A stretch of DNA of 64,000 bases from Eubacteriales bacterium (GCA_045646945.1 JAZRLS010000005.1:11857-75856); one strand, 5' to 3'; shown: positions 8,464-17,857, numbered from the stretch's first letter. Notes: generated from the letters alone by a model not told the origin. Made by a program: numbers and translations.

Positions 8464-10380
8464 TTATTTTACTTCAAAAGCACAAAAACCATAAGGTGTA
8501 ATATCCGAAAGGTAAACTGTATCCCCCTCAAGCCTTCCTGTGCAGTTGAGAAAACGAATTTGAGAATAAGCTTTGTCAAGCTCGATTTTTGGATTAATCA
8601 CATCATCAAGCGATACATTTGCCAATGCCACGGACATTGCTTCATCGTTTTTCGAAGAAAGAATATAAAGATTTGGATTTTTTCTCGAAAATGCCGGAAG
8701 CTTCTTTTGGCAAATCCAATAAACAGCATCTGCAATATCTGCCTGACGGTAATAGCTGTTGCTGAAATTTCTTACCCTGCCTTTAACCTGTGTTTTGAAA
8801 TGGTCATAGGCAAGTACATAAAATTTCTGTCCGTCATTATTTTCATAACGATAACTTGCAGGTGTGTTTTCTGGAGTGAATGTGCTCAAAACCTCTGCCC
8901 TCTTATCGCAACTAATGCGATAAAAAATGTTACGCTTGCGTGTATGACTTGACACAAGGATTGACTCGTCATATTTTTTGAAGTATTCCATGTCCGGTTC
9001 AAAAGGTTCGTCTGAAATCAAACCGGTGTCAACACCTCTTTCTTTCAGGATTCTTGCGGCGTCAACGTCTAAAATTGCGCCTTGTGTTAGTCGGGACAGT
9101 TCAATATGTCTTGCATTTTCTCCCATAATTAAAATAGGATAGTCTGTTTGTTCCTTATAATTTGTCGGAACAGAATTAGCAGAAAGTATTTCACGTGAAG
9201 GTGCTCTTACTGCTTCAATCATCATTTCAAGTGTTTGCGGTTCAAGTTCCTCTGGAAGTTGCCAATATTCTGCTTTGTTGGCTACTCCGAAAACCTCTAC
9301 ACCCACAGGTGTTTTGTCGCCAAACATTTCTTTTATACTACGGCGCAAATCCTCGTTTTTACAGAAACGTTCAACATATCCCGGCTCATAATCGGGGTTG
9401 CTGTAGTAATCAAAAAGATAAGCCAGTATTCCGTCTGATGTACCATCTGCATATAGTAAAAGTTCAAAAAGTTCCAATGGCTTTGACGGAACATTCATTC
9501 GCGGACGCGGATAAGTATCACCCTCCGCAAAAAGTTCAACTCCTGAGTCTTTCCCCCAGGCAAATTGCTGTCTTGCAAATTCAACAATAGGTATTACGTT
9601 TAGATTTCGGAAGGGTGCTCCTGATATTCTTGCAAAAGGCTTTGTGTTCCCTGCAAGAGCTTTTGATATTTCAAGGGGATCTGTACCCATCATATCCCAT
9701 GTATTATGAGTACATACTCCAAATCGTATGTTGGGATTAACCTCGTCTACAGTTTCCCTTAATGCTTTTGCGAAATCAAGCATTGTGTCTCTGAAAAGCT
9801 TTAAAAGCTCTGTGCGATATTTATTTTCTCCTCCGGTTAAAATTAACTCTTCAAGCTTTTCACGTGGAATTTCTTCGCCGATTCTTTTATAATACTCTTT
9901 TAGATGTAGCGGACAGAAGCAGGCAAAATATACTTTCATTCTGATATTAAGTCTGAAATCATCATCAATCATAATAAGGTCCGGCCCAAGCTCTGCAATT
10001 CGTTTAATGCCTTCTTGAAAATCTTTTACATAATTTTTATCAAGCGGACAGTTGGAAAGAGCCTCTCTTGCCTCACCGTTGATTCCGGTTATTTGGGTAT
10101 AATTCATTTTTTCGTCCGGTCTTTGTTCCGGCGTGAGTGCATGTCCATTGCCAAGAGAACCGCACCATATGCCAACCTCAAAACCTTCTGCGCGAAAACA
10201 ATCAATTGCCGTTTTAATTTTGTCGGGCATAGTGTATATGCGACTGTTTTTTGTATAGATAGTGCCCATCCCACCGATAAAAATACGGTTTGCTTTGCAC
10301 TTTTTTGCCTGTTCAACATATATGGGCAATGTGTGTTCATTTATTGTGTTCATACTTATAGGTAGTGATAATTTGTACAT
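8464..10380 (-). CDS. hypothetical 638-aa cytoplasmic protein (possible (beta/alpha)8 hydrolase-like N-terminal domain)
   Basis: Long uninterrupted ORF with a strong AGGAGG RBS and no signal peptide. I recognise no named family motif. Confidence 0.75.
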   Translation of the reverse strand: MYKLSLPISMNTINEHTLPIYVEQAKKCKANRIFIGGMGTIYTKNSRIYTMPDKIKTAIDCFRAEGFEVGIWCGSLGNGHALTPEQRPDEKMNYTQITGINGEAREALSNCPLDKNYVKDFQEGIKRIAELGPDLIMIDDDFRLNIRMKVYFACFCPLHLKEYYKRIGEEIPREKLEELILTGGENKYRTELLKLFRDTMLDFAKALRETVDEVNPNIRFGVCTHNTWDMMGTDPLEISKALAGNTKPFARISGAPFRNLNVIPIVEFARQQFAWGKDSGVELFAEGDTYPRPRMNVPSKPLELFELLLYADGTSDGILAYLFDYYSNPDYEPGYVERFCKNEDLRRSIKEMFGDKTPVGVEVFGVANKAEYWQLPEELEPQTLEMMIEAVRAPSREILSANSVPTNYKEQTDYPILIMGENARHIELSRLTQGAILDVDAARILKERGVDTGLISDEPFEPDMEYFKKYDESILVSSHTRKRNIFYRISCDKRAEVLSTFTPENTPASYRYENNDGQKFYVLAYDHFKTQVKGRVRNFSNSYYRQADIADAVYWICQKKLPAFSRKNPNLYILSSKNDEAMSVALANVSLDDVINPKIELDKAYSQIRFLNCTGRLEGDTVYLSDITPYGFCAFEVK

Positions 10381-10513
10381 AATTTCGAACCTCCTAATGA
10401 TAAGATGTACAATAAATTATAAAACATAAAGCATAATTTTGTCAATATATATTATTCCCTATATATTGCAATATTTTCCCGAATATAGTATAATAACAGT
10501 GGAGGGACTTTCT

Positions 10514-11353
10514 ATGATTATTAAATATAATACTGATCAACTAAAACGTATCATTAAAAACATATATGATCTTACCGGGATAACTATATCCGTACTTGAT
10601 ACTAAATATAATACTTTGGCAAAGTGCAAAAAAGCGCAGGACTTTTGCTCTGTTTTGCAAAAGACAGAAACAGAAAGATTCCGTTGTCGTGAATGCGATA
10701 TGATAATATTAAAAAAATGCAGAGCTTCAAAGGGACTAGAGAATCACATGTGCTTCGCAGGCCTTTATGATGCTGCAATGCCGATTATCAAGAATGACAC
10801 TATTGTTGGTTTTGTGATTATGGGGAGAGTGCGCTCTGCGAATTCTCCCATATCACCACATCTTATTCCGGATATAGATGCGAAAACAGCAAAAAAATTA
10901 AAGAAACTATATAACGAATTGCCGTTTATAACCGAGGACAAACTGATGACATTATATGATCTTTTGTCTTTTGTTATATTTGATAGTACAATTCAGATTG
11001 TGTACGACCCTCTTATGACCGAAATTATAAACTTTATAGAGGAAAATTTCCGTGAAAATTTAAGTGTTGATTATCTGTGTTCGAAATTTCATATATCAAA
11101 AAATCGTTTGTATAAAGCGTTTAATGATAATCTTGGCAGCACTGTGAACCAGTATATTACAGAGATCAGACTAAACTTTGCTAAATCACTTCTTTCCTCT
11201 TCGGATGAACCTGTTTATCAAGTGGCTCAAAAAGTCGGTATAGATAACTATACATATTTTTGTAAATTATTCAAAAAAATAAATGGTGTGACTCCTACGG
11301 AATATAGAAAAAATGTAAATATTGATATTAAACAATGCCCGCCTATTATTTAA
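10514..11353 (+). CDS. AraC family regulator with PocR-like N-terminal sensor domain
   Basis: N-terminus carries a Cys pattern (FCSVLQ..RCRECD....C......HMCFAGLYD) like PocR sensory domains. The C-terminus is an AraC HTH (VYQVAQKVGIDNYTYFCKLFKKINGVTPTEYRK). GGAGGG RBS precedes ATG 10514. Confidence 0.75.
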   Translation: MIIKYNTDQLKRIIKNIYDLTGITISVLDTKYNTLAKCKKAQDFCSVLQKTETERFRCRECDMIILKKCRASKGLENHMCFAGLYDAAMPIIKNDTIVGFVIMGRVRSANSPISPHLIPDIDAKTAKKLKKLYNELPFITEDKLMTLYDLLSFVIFDSTIQIVYDPLMTEIINFIEENFRENLSVDYLCSKFHISKNRLYKAFNDNLGSTVNQYITEIRLNFAKSLLSSSDEPVYQVAQKVGIDNYTYFCKLFKKINGVTPTEYRKNVNIDIKQCPPII

Positions 11354-11380
11354 TAGACGAGCATACTCGGGCAAAAGACT

Positions 11381-11404
11381 GTTGTCCCTTATTGAACACA
11401 CCCG
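11381..11404. repeat. right inverted repeat bounding the AT-rich segment
   Basis: GTTGTCCCTTATTGAACACACCCG is the inverted partner of 7447-7470. Confidence 0.6.
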
Positions 11405-11436
11405 TGGTGAACGCTCAGTAAGGGACAACTTTTTAT
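11381..11436 (+). terminator. long-loop hairpin with T-run after the PocR-AraC gene
   Basis: Perfect 11-bp arms GTTGTCCCTTA (11381-11391) / TAAGGGACAAC (11419-11429), followed by TTTTTATTT. Confidence 0.55.
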
Positions 11437-11447
11437 TTGATCTGAGT

Positions 11448-11525
11448 TGTAGGGCGATGGCTTGCTGCCGCCGTTTGCGAGATCGAATGGCATAAAGGCG
11501 GCGGGAGATAACCCCCCGCCCTACG
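11448..11525. repeat. REPIN-like inverted doublet (GTAG-type palindromic units)
   Basis: TGTAGGGCGATGGCTTGCTGCCGCCG ... CGGCGGGAGATAACCCCCCGCCCTAC. Both units have GTAGGG next to a GC hairpin, in inverted orientation. Confidence 0.7.
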
Positions 11526-11535
11526 ATTTTTGAGA

Positions 11536-12627
11536 TTACGATGCCTTTGCCATGGGCATTTGTGCCGCGTTCAGCATATTCTCAATGAAAATGCCATAAC
11601 CCGTAGCGGGATCGTTGATGAGGACGTGAGTGACAGCTCCGACGAGCTTGCCGTTCTGAATGATGGGAGAGCCGCTCATTCCTTGGATAATTCCGCCCGT
11701 TTTTTCAAGGAGATTTTTATCGGTAACTTTTACCGTGAAGCATTTATTGCCCGTGGCATCGCGCTGAATTTCCGAGAGCTCGACCTCGTACTCGTGCCGT
11801 CCGGTCTCGTCGAGCGTACAGAGAATTTTTGCTTTGCCGTTTTTTACCTCGTTTCGCAGTCCGACGGGGATGGGGGCGGAGAGATTTTTCGGGAGCTTGG
11901 CGAGCACTCCGTACACACCGCACTCGGTATTTCCGAGGAGGGTTCCCGTTTTGCCAGAAGAGAAATATCCCTTGACCTCACCAGGGGAGCCGGCAAGTCC
12001 GCGGACAACACCGCTGATGGTGACGTCAACCACCGAGCCGCGCTGAATGGGGATCGGTTTTCCCGTCGTGGCGTCACAAATTCCGTGACCGAGTCCCGCA
12101 AAGGCACCCGTTTCGGGGAAAATAAAGGTGAGTGTTCCGATGCCCGCACCGCCGTCTCTGACGTAAAGTCCCGTGACGTATCTTGCCTCGGCACTCGAAT
12201 AGACAGGTGTGAGAATTGCCGTTTGTTCCTTGCCTGCGCGCAGGTAGGTGATTTTCAGCGGCTTATTTTGGCTTTTTGCTACTGTCTCGGTCAGCTCCGC
12301 TGCACTGAGCAGTGGGTCGCCTCCGATTTTTAAAATGCGGTCGCCGACACGAAGTCCCGCCTCTCTTGCGGGATTTTTCGTACCGTTTTTGGTTGGAACG
12401 TCACTCATTCCGACGATGAGTACGCCCTCTGTCATAAATTTGACTCCAAAGGGCACACCGCCAACCGCGAGCTTGAGGTTTCCGTACTGTTCGTTTTTCG
12501 CGCAGGGAAGTGCCGTTGCGGAAACCGTGAAAGAAGAAAGCGAAGAAAAAGAAGCAGAAAGGAAGAGAACTACAACGATCAGAAAGTAGGAAACCGCCCT
12601 CAGCCGTTTATTTTGCATTTGAGACAT
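11536..12627 (-). CDS. spoIVB: SpoIVB peptidase (S55 family, PDZ + serine protease), sporulation signalling protease
   Basis: 363 aa with an N-terminal signal anchor, a PDZ-like region (GLRVGDRILKIGGDPL) and the protease motif GMSGSPIIQNGKLVGAVTHVLINDP. Confidence 0.9.
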   Translation of the reverse strand: MSQMQNKRLRAVSYFLIVVVLFLSASFSSLSSFTVSATALPCAKNEQYGNLKLAVGGVPFGVKFMTEGVLIVGMSDVPTKNGTKNPAREAGLRVGDRILKIGGDPLLSAAELTETVAKSQNKPLKITYLRAGKEQTAILTPVYSSAEARYVTGLYVRDGGAGIGTLTFIFPETGAFAGLGHGICDATTGKPIPIQRGSVVDVTISGVVRGLAGSPGEVKGYFSSGKTGTLLGNTECGVYGVLAKLPKNLSAPIPVGLRNEVKNGKAKILCTLDETGRHEYEVELSEIQRDATGNKCFTVKVTDKNLLEKTGGIIQGMSGSPIIQNGKLVGAVTHVLINDPATGYGIFIENMLNAAQMPMAKAS

Positions 12628-12800
12628 AGTTCGTTTTCCGTGTTTTCCGATTTTTTATTTGAATGATCCCTAAGATGCGAATTTTTATTTTGATTCGCCT
12701 TATTATGGTGTGCAATCTTTGCGAAAAAATGCGTTACAATTTTCTCGTATAAAGGCAATATTTTATGGAGAAAAAATTTCAAAAATCAGGCAAATTTTGC

Positions 12801-12828
12801 TTGACTTTTTTTTGTTTTGTGATATAAT
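12801..12828 (+). promoter_or_regulatory. sigma-A type promoter of the marR-ABC operon
   Basis: TTGACT, 16-nt spacer, TATAAT, with TG at the extended -10 position. Confidence 0.6.
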
Positions 12829-12829
12829 T

Positions 12830-12845
12830 AGTTAGTAAACTAACT
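12830..12845. promoter_or_regulatory. candidate MarR operator palindrome
   Basis: AGTTAGT-AA-ACTAACT is a perfect 7-bp inverted repeat immediately downstream of the -10 box. Confidence 0.5.
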
Positions 12846-12870
12846 TTATCGATGATATCAAGGAGAAGCG

Positions 12871-13377
12871 ATGAAAGAAATGAATGAAATTCCTCTTTCG
12901 CCACCGCCGCGCAAGGAGCTGAGCGACACGCCGATCAAATTTTGCAATGAAATTTCACGGCTATTTCGCGCCAAGATGCGGCAAAGTGACGATTCCGAGG
13001 GCGTGATGTCGCAACCCGGCGCACATCTGGTGCTTTCCCGTCTTGCCGTTTGCGATGGAATTACTCAGCTCGAGCTTGTCCGTGCGACGCATTTGCGTCC
13101 GCCGACGGTGAGTGTCATTTTGCAGAAGATGGAAGCAGAGGGACTTGTGGCGCGCAAGTGCGATGAGCACGATCGTCGTGCGGTCCGCGTGATGTTGACC
13201 GATGCGGGACGTGCGCTGGACCGCAAGAATATTGAAACCATTCACCGCATTGACGAGGTAGCACTTCGCGATCTGAGCGAAGAAGAAATTGCTACCTTGA
13301 TGACACTTTTGCCCAAAATTCGAAATCAATTATTGGTGTCCTTGGAAATGGGTGAGAAAGGAGAAGAGAAGGAATGA
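12871..13377 (+). CDS. MarR family transcriptional regulator
   Basis: Winged-helix core ..ITQLELVRATHLRPPTVSVILQKMEAEGLVARKCDEHDRRAVRVMLTDAG.. is typical of MarR. Confidence 0.85.
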   Translation: MKEMNEIPLSPPPRKELSDTPIKFCNEISRLFRAKMRQSDDSEGVMSQPGAHLVLSRLAVCDGITQLELVRATHLRPPTVSVILQKMEAEGLVARKCDEHDRRAVRVMLTDAGRALDRKNIETIHRIDEVALRDLSEEEIATLMTLLPKIRNQLLVSLEMGEKGEEKE

Positions 13378-15191
13378 AACGCATTTTTCAGTATTTAAAG
13401 CCGTATACCTTTCTCGCGATTATTTCGCCTCTTCTGATGATCGGTGAGGTTGCCGCGGATCTTTCTCTGCCGAAATTTATGAGCGTGATCGTTGACTACG
13501 GCATTAATGCTTCGGGCGACGTTTCCGAGTCGAAGCTCGGCAGTACCGTGATGTCGATCATTCACGGCGCGGGTCCGTATTCCTCTATGGAGGTGATACT
13601 GACTTTCGGAATTCTGATGCTCCTTGTGGTGCTTGTGGGGGGATTTTTCGGCGTGATGTGCGCTTACACTGCCGCGAAAGCCTCGCAGGGGCTTGGGGAC
13701 GATCTGCGTTGTGACGCGTATCGCAAGGTGATGTCGCTCTCGATCGAGCAGACCGACAAATTTACCACGGGCTCGCTCGTCACGCGTATGACCAACGATA
13801 TTACGATGATCATCGAATTTACCGAAATGATTCTCCGTATGCTCGTGCGCTCTCCGATGTTTTTTGTCGGCGGCACGGTGATGCTTTGCACGCTCGATAT
13901 TAAATTCGGCGTTGTGCTTCTTTGTTCGCTCCCCGTGATGGCGGTGATGCTTGCGATTGTGCTCTCAAAATCGGTGCCGATGTTCGGAAAAATTCAAAAG
14001 AAGCTTGACCGCGTCAATTCGGTCGTTCAGGAGAACGTCACGGGGGCACGTGTGGTGAAAGCTTACGTGCGCGAGGACTACGAGTACGACCGCTTTGAAA
14101 AAGCCAATGCAGAGCTTCGTGATTCGAATTTGCGTGTGCAGAAACTGATGGCGGTGATGCACCCCGTGCTGACCGTTGTGATGAACGCGGCGGTGATTGC
14201 TGTGATCTTTATCGGTGGCTTTGAGATTGATAATGTGGCGGGCACGGGCATGAGTGCGGGTACGATTATGGCGGCGGGCACCTACGTGACGCAGGTCATT
14301 ATGTCAATTATGATGGTGACGATGCTCTTCCATTCGATTTCCCGTGCGATGGCATCGATTCAGCGTGTGGGCGAGGTACTTGATGCCGATGCCGTGATTC
14401 TGTCGGGAGAAGAAAAGGGAAAGGATTCCGATATTGCGGTTTCCTTCCAAAACGTTGCTTTTCGCTATCCGTCGGCAACGGGACGACCTGTCTTGCACGA
14501 CGTCAGCTTCGACGTGAAGCGTGGCGAGACCTTTGCGATCATTGGCGCGACGGGCTCGGGCAAAACCTCGCTGATCTCACTGATTCCGCGTTTTTACGAC
14601 GCGACCGAGGGCGAGGTGCTTGTGAACGGTGTTCCGATCAAAGAATATGATCTCTCGGAGCTGCGATCGAAGATTTCCTACGTGATGCAAAAGAGCGAGC
14701 TTTTCTCGGGTACGGTTGCGGAAAATATCCGTTGGGGCAAAGAAGATGCCTCGATGGAGGAAGTCACCGCCGCGGCGAAGATCGCGCAGGCAGAGCACTT
14801 TATTTCGGGATTTTCGGACGACTACGATACCTATATTGCCGAGAAGGGCGCGTCCCTCTCGGGCGGACAGAAGCAGAGAATGTCGATCGCGCGTGCGTTG
14901 GTACGCAAACCCGAGATTATTCTTCTCGACGACGCGACCTCGGCACTCGACCTTGCGACCGAGGCAAATCTGCGCCGCGCGCTCCGCGAAAATCTTGCCG
15001 ACGCGACGGTGATTATGATCGCGCAGAGAATTGCCAGTGTGCGCGACGCCGATCGTATTGCCGTTCTTGAAAACGGAACGGTCAGTGCCATCGGTTCTCA
15101 CGATGAGCTGATGGGCACGAGTGCGACCTATCGTGAGATCTACCGCTCCCAGATGAAGCAGGTAGAAGCAGAAGGGGAGGTGGCACGATGA
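13374..15191 (+). CDS. ABC transporter ATP-binding/permease protein (exporter half-transporter)
   Basis: Six-TM domain plus Walker A GATGSGKTS, signature LSGGQKQR and Walker B ILLDDA. ATGA overlap with marR. Confidence 0.9.
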   Translation: MKRIFQYLKPYTFLAIISPLLMIGEVAADLSLPKFMSVIVDYGINASGDVSESKLGSTVMSIIHGAGPYSSMEVILTFGILMLLVVLVGGFFGVMCAYTAAKASQGLGDDLRCDAYRKVMSLSIEQTDKFTTGSLVTRMTNDITMIIEFTEMILRMLVRSPMFFVGGTVMLCTLDIKFGVVLLCSLPVMAVMLAIVLSKSVPMFGKIQKKLDRVNSVVQENVTGARVVKAYVREDYEYDRFEKANAELRDSNLRVQKLMAVMHPVLTVVMNAAVIAVIFIGGFEIDNVAGTGMSAGTIMAAGTYVTQVIMSIMMVTMLFHSISRAMASIQRVGEVLDADAVILSGEEKGKDSDIAVSFQNVAFRYPSATGRPVLHDVSFDVKRGETFAIIGATGSGKTSLISLIPRFYDATEGEVLVNGVPIKEYDLSELRSKISYVMQKSELFSGTVAENIRWGKEDASMEEVTAAAKIAQAEHFISGFSDDYDTYIAEKGASLSGGQKQRMSIARALVRKPEIILLDDATSALDLATEANLRRALRENLADATVIMIAQRIASVRDADRIAVLENGTVSAIGSHDELMGTSATYREIYRSQMKQVEAEGEVAR

Positions 15192-17068
15192 ATCGTCAAG
15201 CAATGCCGAAGCGCGACACAGCACCGTCCAAGATGCCCGATATGAGACGACCCGGCGGCGGTCCGATGGGTGCTCGTGTACATAAGGAAAAGCCGAAGAA
15301 TCTGAAGAGAACCCTTGGAAGGCTTCTTCGCTATATTGGAAAAAGCAAGCTTCTCGTCATCGCTCTGATCGTGATTATGGGCGTTGTGACGCTGACTGAC
15401 CTTGCCGGTCCTGCACTTCAAGGAGCGGCGATCAATACGATCACGGTCGGGGAGAACGGACGTCTTTCGGTCGATCTTTCGGCGATGACGGGGTATCTTT
15501 CGGTGATGGGAGTCTTGTTCCTCATCAGCGCGACACTTGGATTTTTGCAAGGACTTCTTGCGGCAAAGCTGTCGCAGAATACCGTCTATATGATGCGAAA
15601 CGATCTCTTCAAAAAGATCTCGCATCTGCCCATCAAATATACCGATACGCACCGTCACGGCGACATTATGTCGCGGATGACCAACGATGTTGAGAACGTT
15701 TCCAACGCCGTGTCGCAGTCGATCGCCTCTCTGATTTCGAGTGTGCTGACGCTGATCGGTGCCTTTACGATGATGGTGTATTACAGCTGGGTGATGGCAC
15801 TGATTGCCTGCATTACCATTCCGCTGACCATCACAATTTCCACCAATCTCGCCAAGTTTATGCGGAAATATTTCGTCGAGCGTCAAAAGCTCATCGGCGC
15901 GCTCAACGGCGAGGTCGAGGAAATGGTGACCTCGTATAAAACCGTCGTAGCGTACGGCAAGGAGCAAAAGGCGATTGACGAATTTACCGAGACGAGCGGA
16001 AAGCTCAAAAAGAGCAGTATCCGTGCGCGCGTTTGGGGGTCGATTATGGGTCCTTGTATGAATTTCCTCGGCAATTTGCAGTACGTGCTGATCGCAGCGT
16101 TCGGTGGATTTTTCATTCTGAACCCGAACGTTCTCGTGCCGAATCTTCGCCTTGGCAACGTTCACTCGATGTTGCAGTATTCCAAGAAATTTACCCGTCC
16201 CGTCAACGAGATTGCCAACCAATACGCATCGATTCTAACCGCGCTTGCGGGGGCGGAACGCATCTTTGACATTATGGACAGTGCCGACGAGATCGATGAG
16301 GGCGCGGACGAGGTTCGCATCTGTGAGATTGAGGGCAACATCCGCTTTGAGGGAATTCATTTTTCGTATGAAGAGGATGAGCCCGTTTTGAAGGGGCTTG
16401 ACCTTTGGATCAAGAAAGGGCAGAAGCTTGCCATCGTCGGTGCGACGGGCTCGGGAAAAACCACCATCGTCAATCTCTTGACGAGATTCTATGAGATTGA
16501 TGCGGGTCTGATTACGATTGATGGAAAGGACATCACCGAATTTCCGAAGGAGACGCTCCGTCGCTCGATTGCCATCGTTTTGCAGGATACCGTGCTCTTC
16601 TCGGACACCATTCGAGCCAATATCAAGTACGGACGTCTTGACGCGACCGACGAAGAAATGCGTGCGGCGGCGAAGTTTGCGCGTGCCGACGAATTTATCG
16701 AGCGTCTGCCCGATGGTTACGATACCGTGCTCGCCGAGGCGGGAAGCAATCTGTCGCAGGGACAGCGTCAGCTTCTTTCAATTGCCCGTGCCGTGCTTGC
16801 CGACCCGAAGATTCTGATTCTCGATGAGGCGACCTCGAGCGTCGATACGAGAACCGAAATGGATATTCAGCAGGCGATGGTTGCGCTGATGCAGAACCGA
16901 ACCTCGCTGATCATCGCGCACCGACTTTCCACCATTCGCGATGCCGACAAGATTGTCGTGATCAAGGACGGACGCGTTGCCGAGGCAGGCAACCACGAGG
17001 AGCTTCTGGCGGCGGGCGGTGAGTATGCAAAGCTGTATCAGAATCAGTTTGCGGGGATTGCAACGTGA
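15188..17068 (+). CDS. ABC transporter ATP-binding/permease protein (partner half-transporter)
   Basis: Walker A GATGSGKTT, signature LSQGQRQL and Walker B ILILDEATS. 4-nt overlap with the upstream half. Confidence 0.9.
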   Translation: MNRQAMPKRDTAPSKMPDMRRPGGGPMGARVHKEKPKNLKRTLGRLLRYIGKSKLLVIALIVIMGVVTLTDLAGPALQGAAINTITVGENGRLSVDLSAMTGYLSVMGVLFLISATLGFLQGLLAAKLSQNTVYMMRNDLFKKISHLPIKYTDTHRHGDIMSRMTNDVENVSNAVSQSIASLISSVLTLIGAFTMMVYYSWVMALIACITIPLTITISTNLAKFMRKYFVERQKLIGALNGEVEEMVTSYKTVVAYGKEQKAIDEFTETSGKLKKSSIRARVWGSIMGPCMNFLGNLQYVLIAAFGGFFILNPNVLVPNLRLGNVHSMLQYSKKFTRPVNEIANQYASILTALAGAERIFDIMDSADEIDEGADEVRICEIEGNIRFEGIHFSYEEDEPVLKGLDLWIKKGQKLAIVGATGSGKTTIVNLLTRFYEIDAGLITIDGKDITEFPKETLRRSIAIVLQDTVLFSDTIRANIKYGRLDATDEEMRAAAKFARADEFIERLPDGYDTVLAEAGSNLSQGQRQLLSIARAVLADPKILILDEATSSVDTRTEMDIQQAMVALMQNRTSLIIAHRLSTIRDADKIVVIKDGRVAEAGNHEELLAAGGEYAKLYQNQFAGIAT

Positions 17069-17805
17069 CGGCGCGCGAGCGGTTTTCGGCGCTTTGCGAA
17101 CGCGAAGCGGCGCGTGCCGATGCAACGGCGGGTGAGCGCTTTGAGCTTTACGCAGAAAAACGGTTGCACCGCATTTTAAAAAATTTTATTTCGGAAGACG
17201 CGGGGACGCAGGAGATTTCGGTGGGAAAATACACCGCCGACGTGTTGCTGGGCAACGAAATCACCGAAATTCAGACGAAAAGTCTGCGCCCGCTTCTTGC
17301 GAAGCTGACCTATTATTTGGAGCAAACCGACTACCGTGTGACGGTAGTGCACCCGATTTTTGCGCAGAAGACGCTGATTCGTGCCGAGCGCGAGACGGGG
17401 GAGGTGCTTTCCTGCAAGAAATCCCCGAAAAAGGGAAGTGCATTGAACGGACTCGCGGAGCTTTATTGGCTCTCGTCTCTTCTGCCCAATGACCGTTTGA
17501 TGGTACGGCTTCTTTTGCTTCGCGCCGACGAGGTGAGATATTCCGAGCGCGTGCGCTACCGCAAGACGGGTGCGTACGATTCGGAGCTCTTTCCGAGAGA
17601 GCTGCTTGACGAAATTGTCTTAGGCGGCAGAGAGGATTATCGGATCTTTTTGCCTGAGGGACTTGCCGATTTTACGGCGGCGGAGTACGCCAAGTGGTCG
17701 AAGCTTCGCGGAAGAAACGTCTATTCGGCACTCAATACCCTCTGCGCCGTTGGACTTCTCCGACGGGAACAGGAAGAAAAGAAGTATCGGTATTTTGTGG
17801 AATAA
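17065..17805 (+). CDS. hypothetical protein with CoiA-like / PD-(D/E)xK nuclease-fold motif
   Basis: GTG start overlaps the ABC stop (GTGA). YTADVLLGNEITEIQTK resembles the D..E-x-Q/K core of CoiA-type restriction-endonuclease-fold proteins (assignment from memory). Confidence 0.5.
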   Translation: MTARERFSALCEREAARADATAGERFELYAEKRLHRILKNFISEDAGTQEISVGKYTADVLLGNEITEIQTKSLRPLLAKLTYYLEQTDYRVTVVHPIFAQKTLIRAERETGEVLSCKKSPKKGSALNGLAELYWLSSLLPNDRLMVRLLLLRADEVRYSERVRYRKTGAYDSELFPRELLDEIVLGGREDYRIFLPEGLADFTAAEYAKWSKLRGRNVYSALNTLCAVGLLRREQEEKKYRYFVE

Positions 17806-17813
17806 AACAAACC

Positions 17814-17857
17814 TAGCGTAGCTGTGCAAAACGGCTACGCTATTTTGTCTGTTTTTT
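17814..17857 (+). terminator. intrinsic terminator
   Basis: TAGCGTAGC / GCTACGCTA 9-bp stem followed by TTTTGTCTGTTTTTT. Confidence 0.75.

Noticed and set aside
7471-11380. A skin-like intervening element that excises from spoIVB during sporulation.
   Set aside because: No recombinase, integrase or transposase is encoded in or next to the segment, and the current spoIVB reading frame is intact without excision. I keep it as a historical insertion or replacement scar, not an active element.
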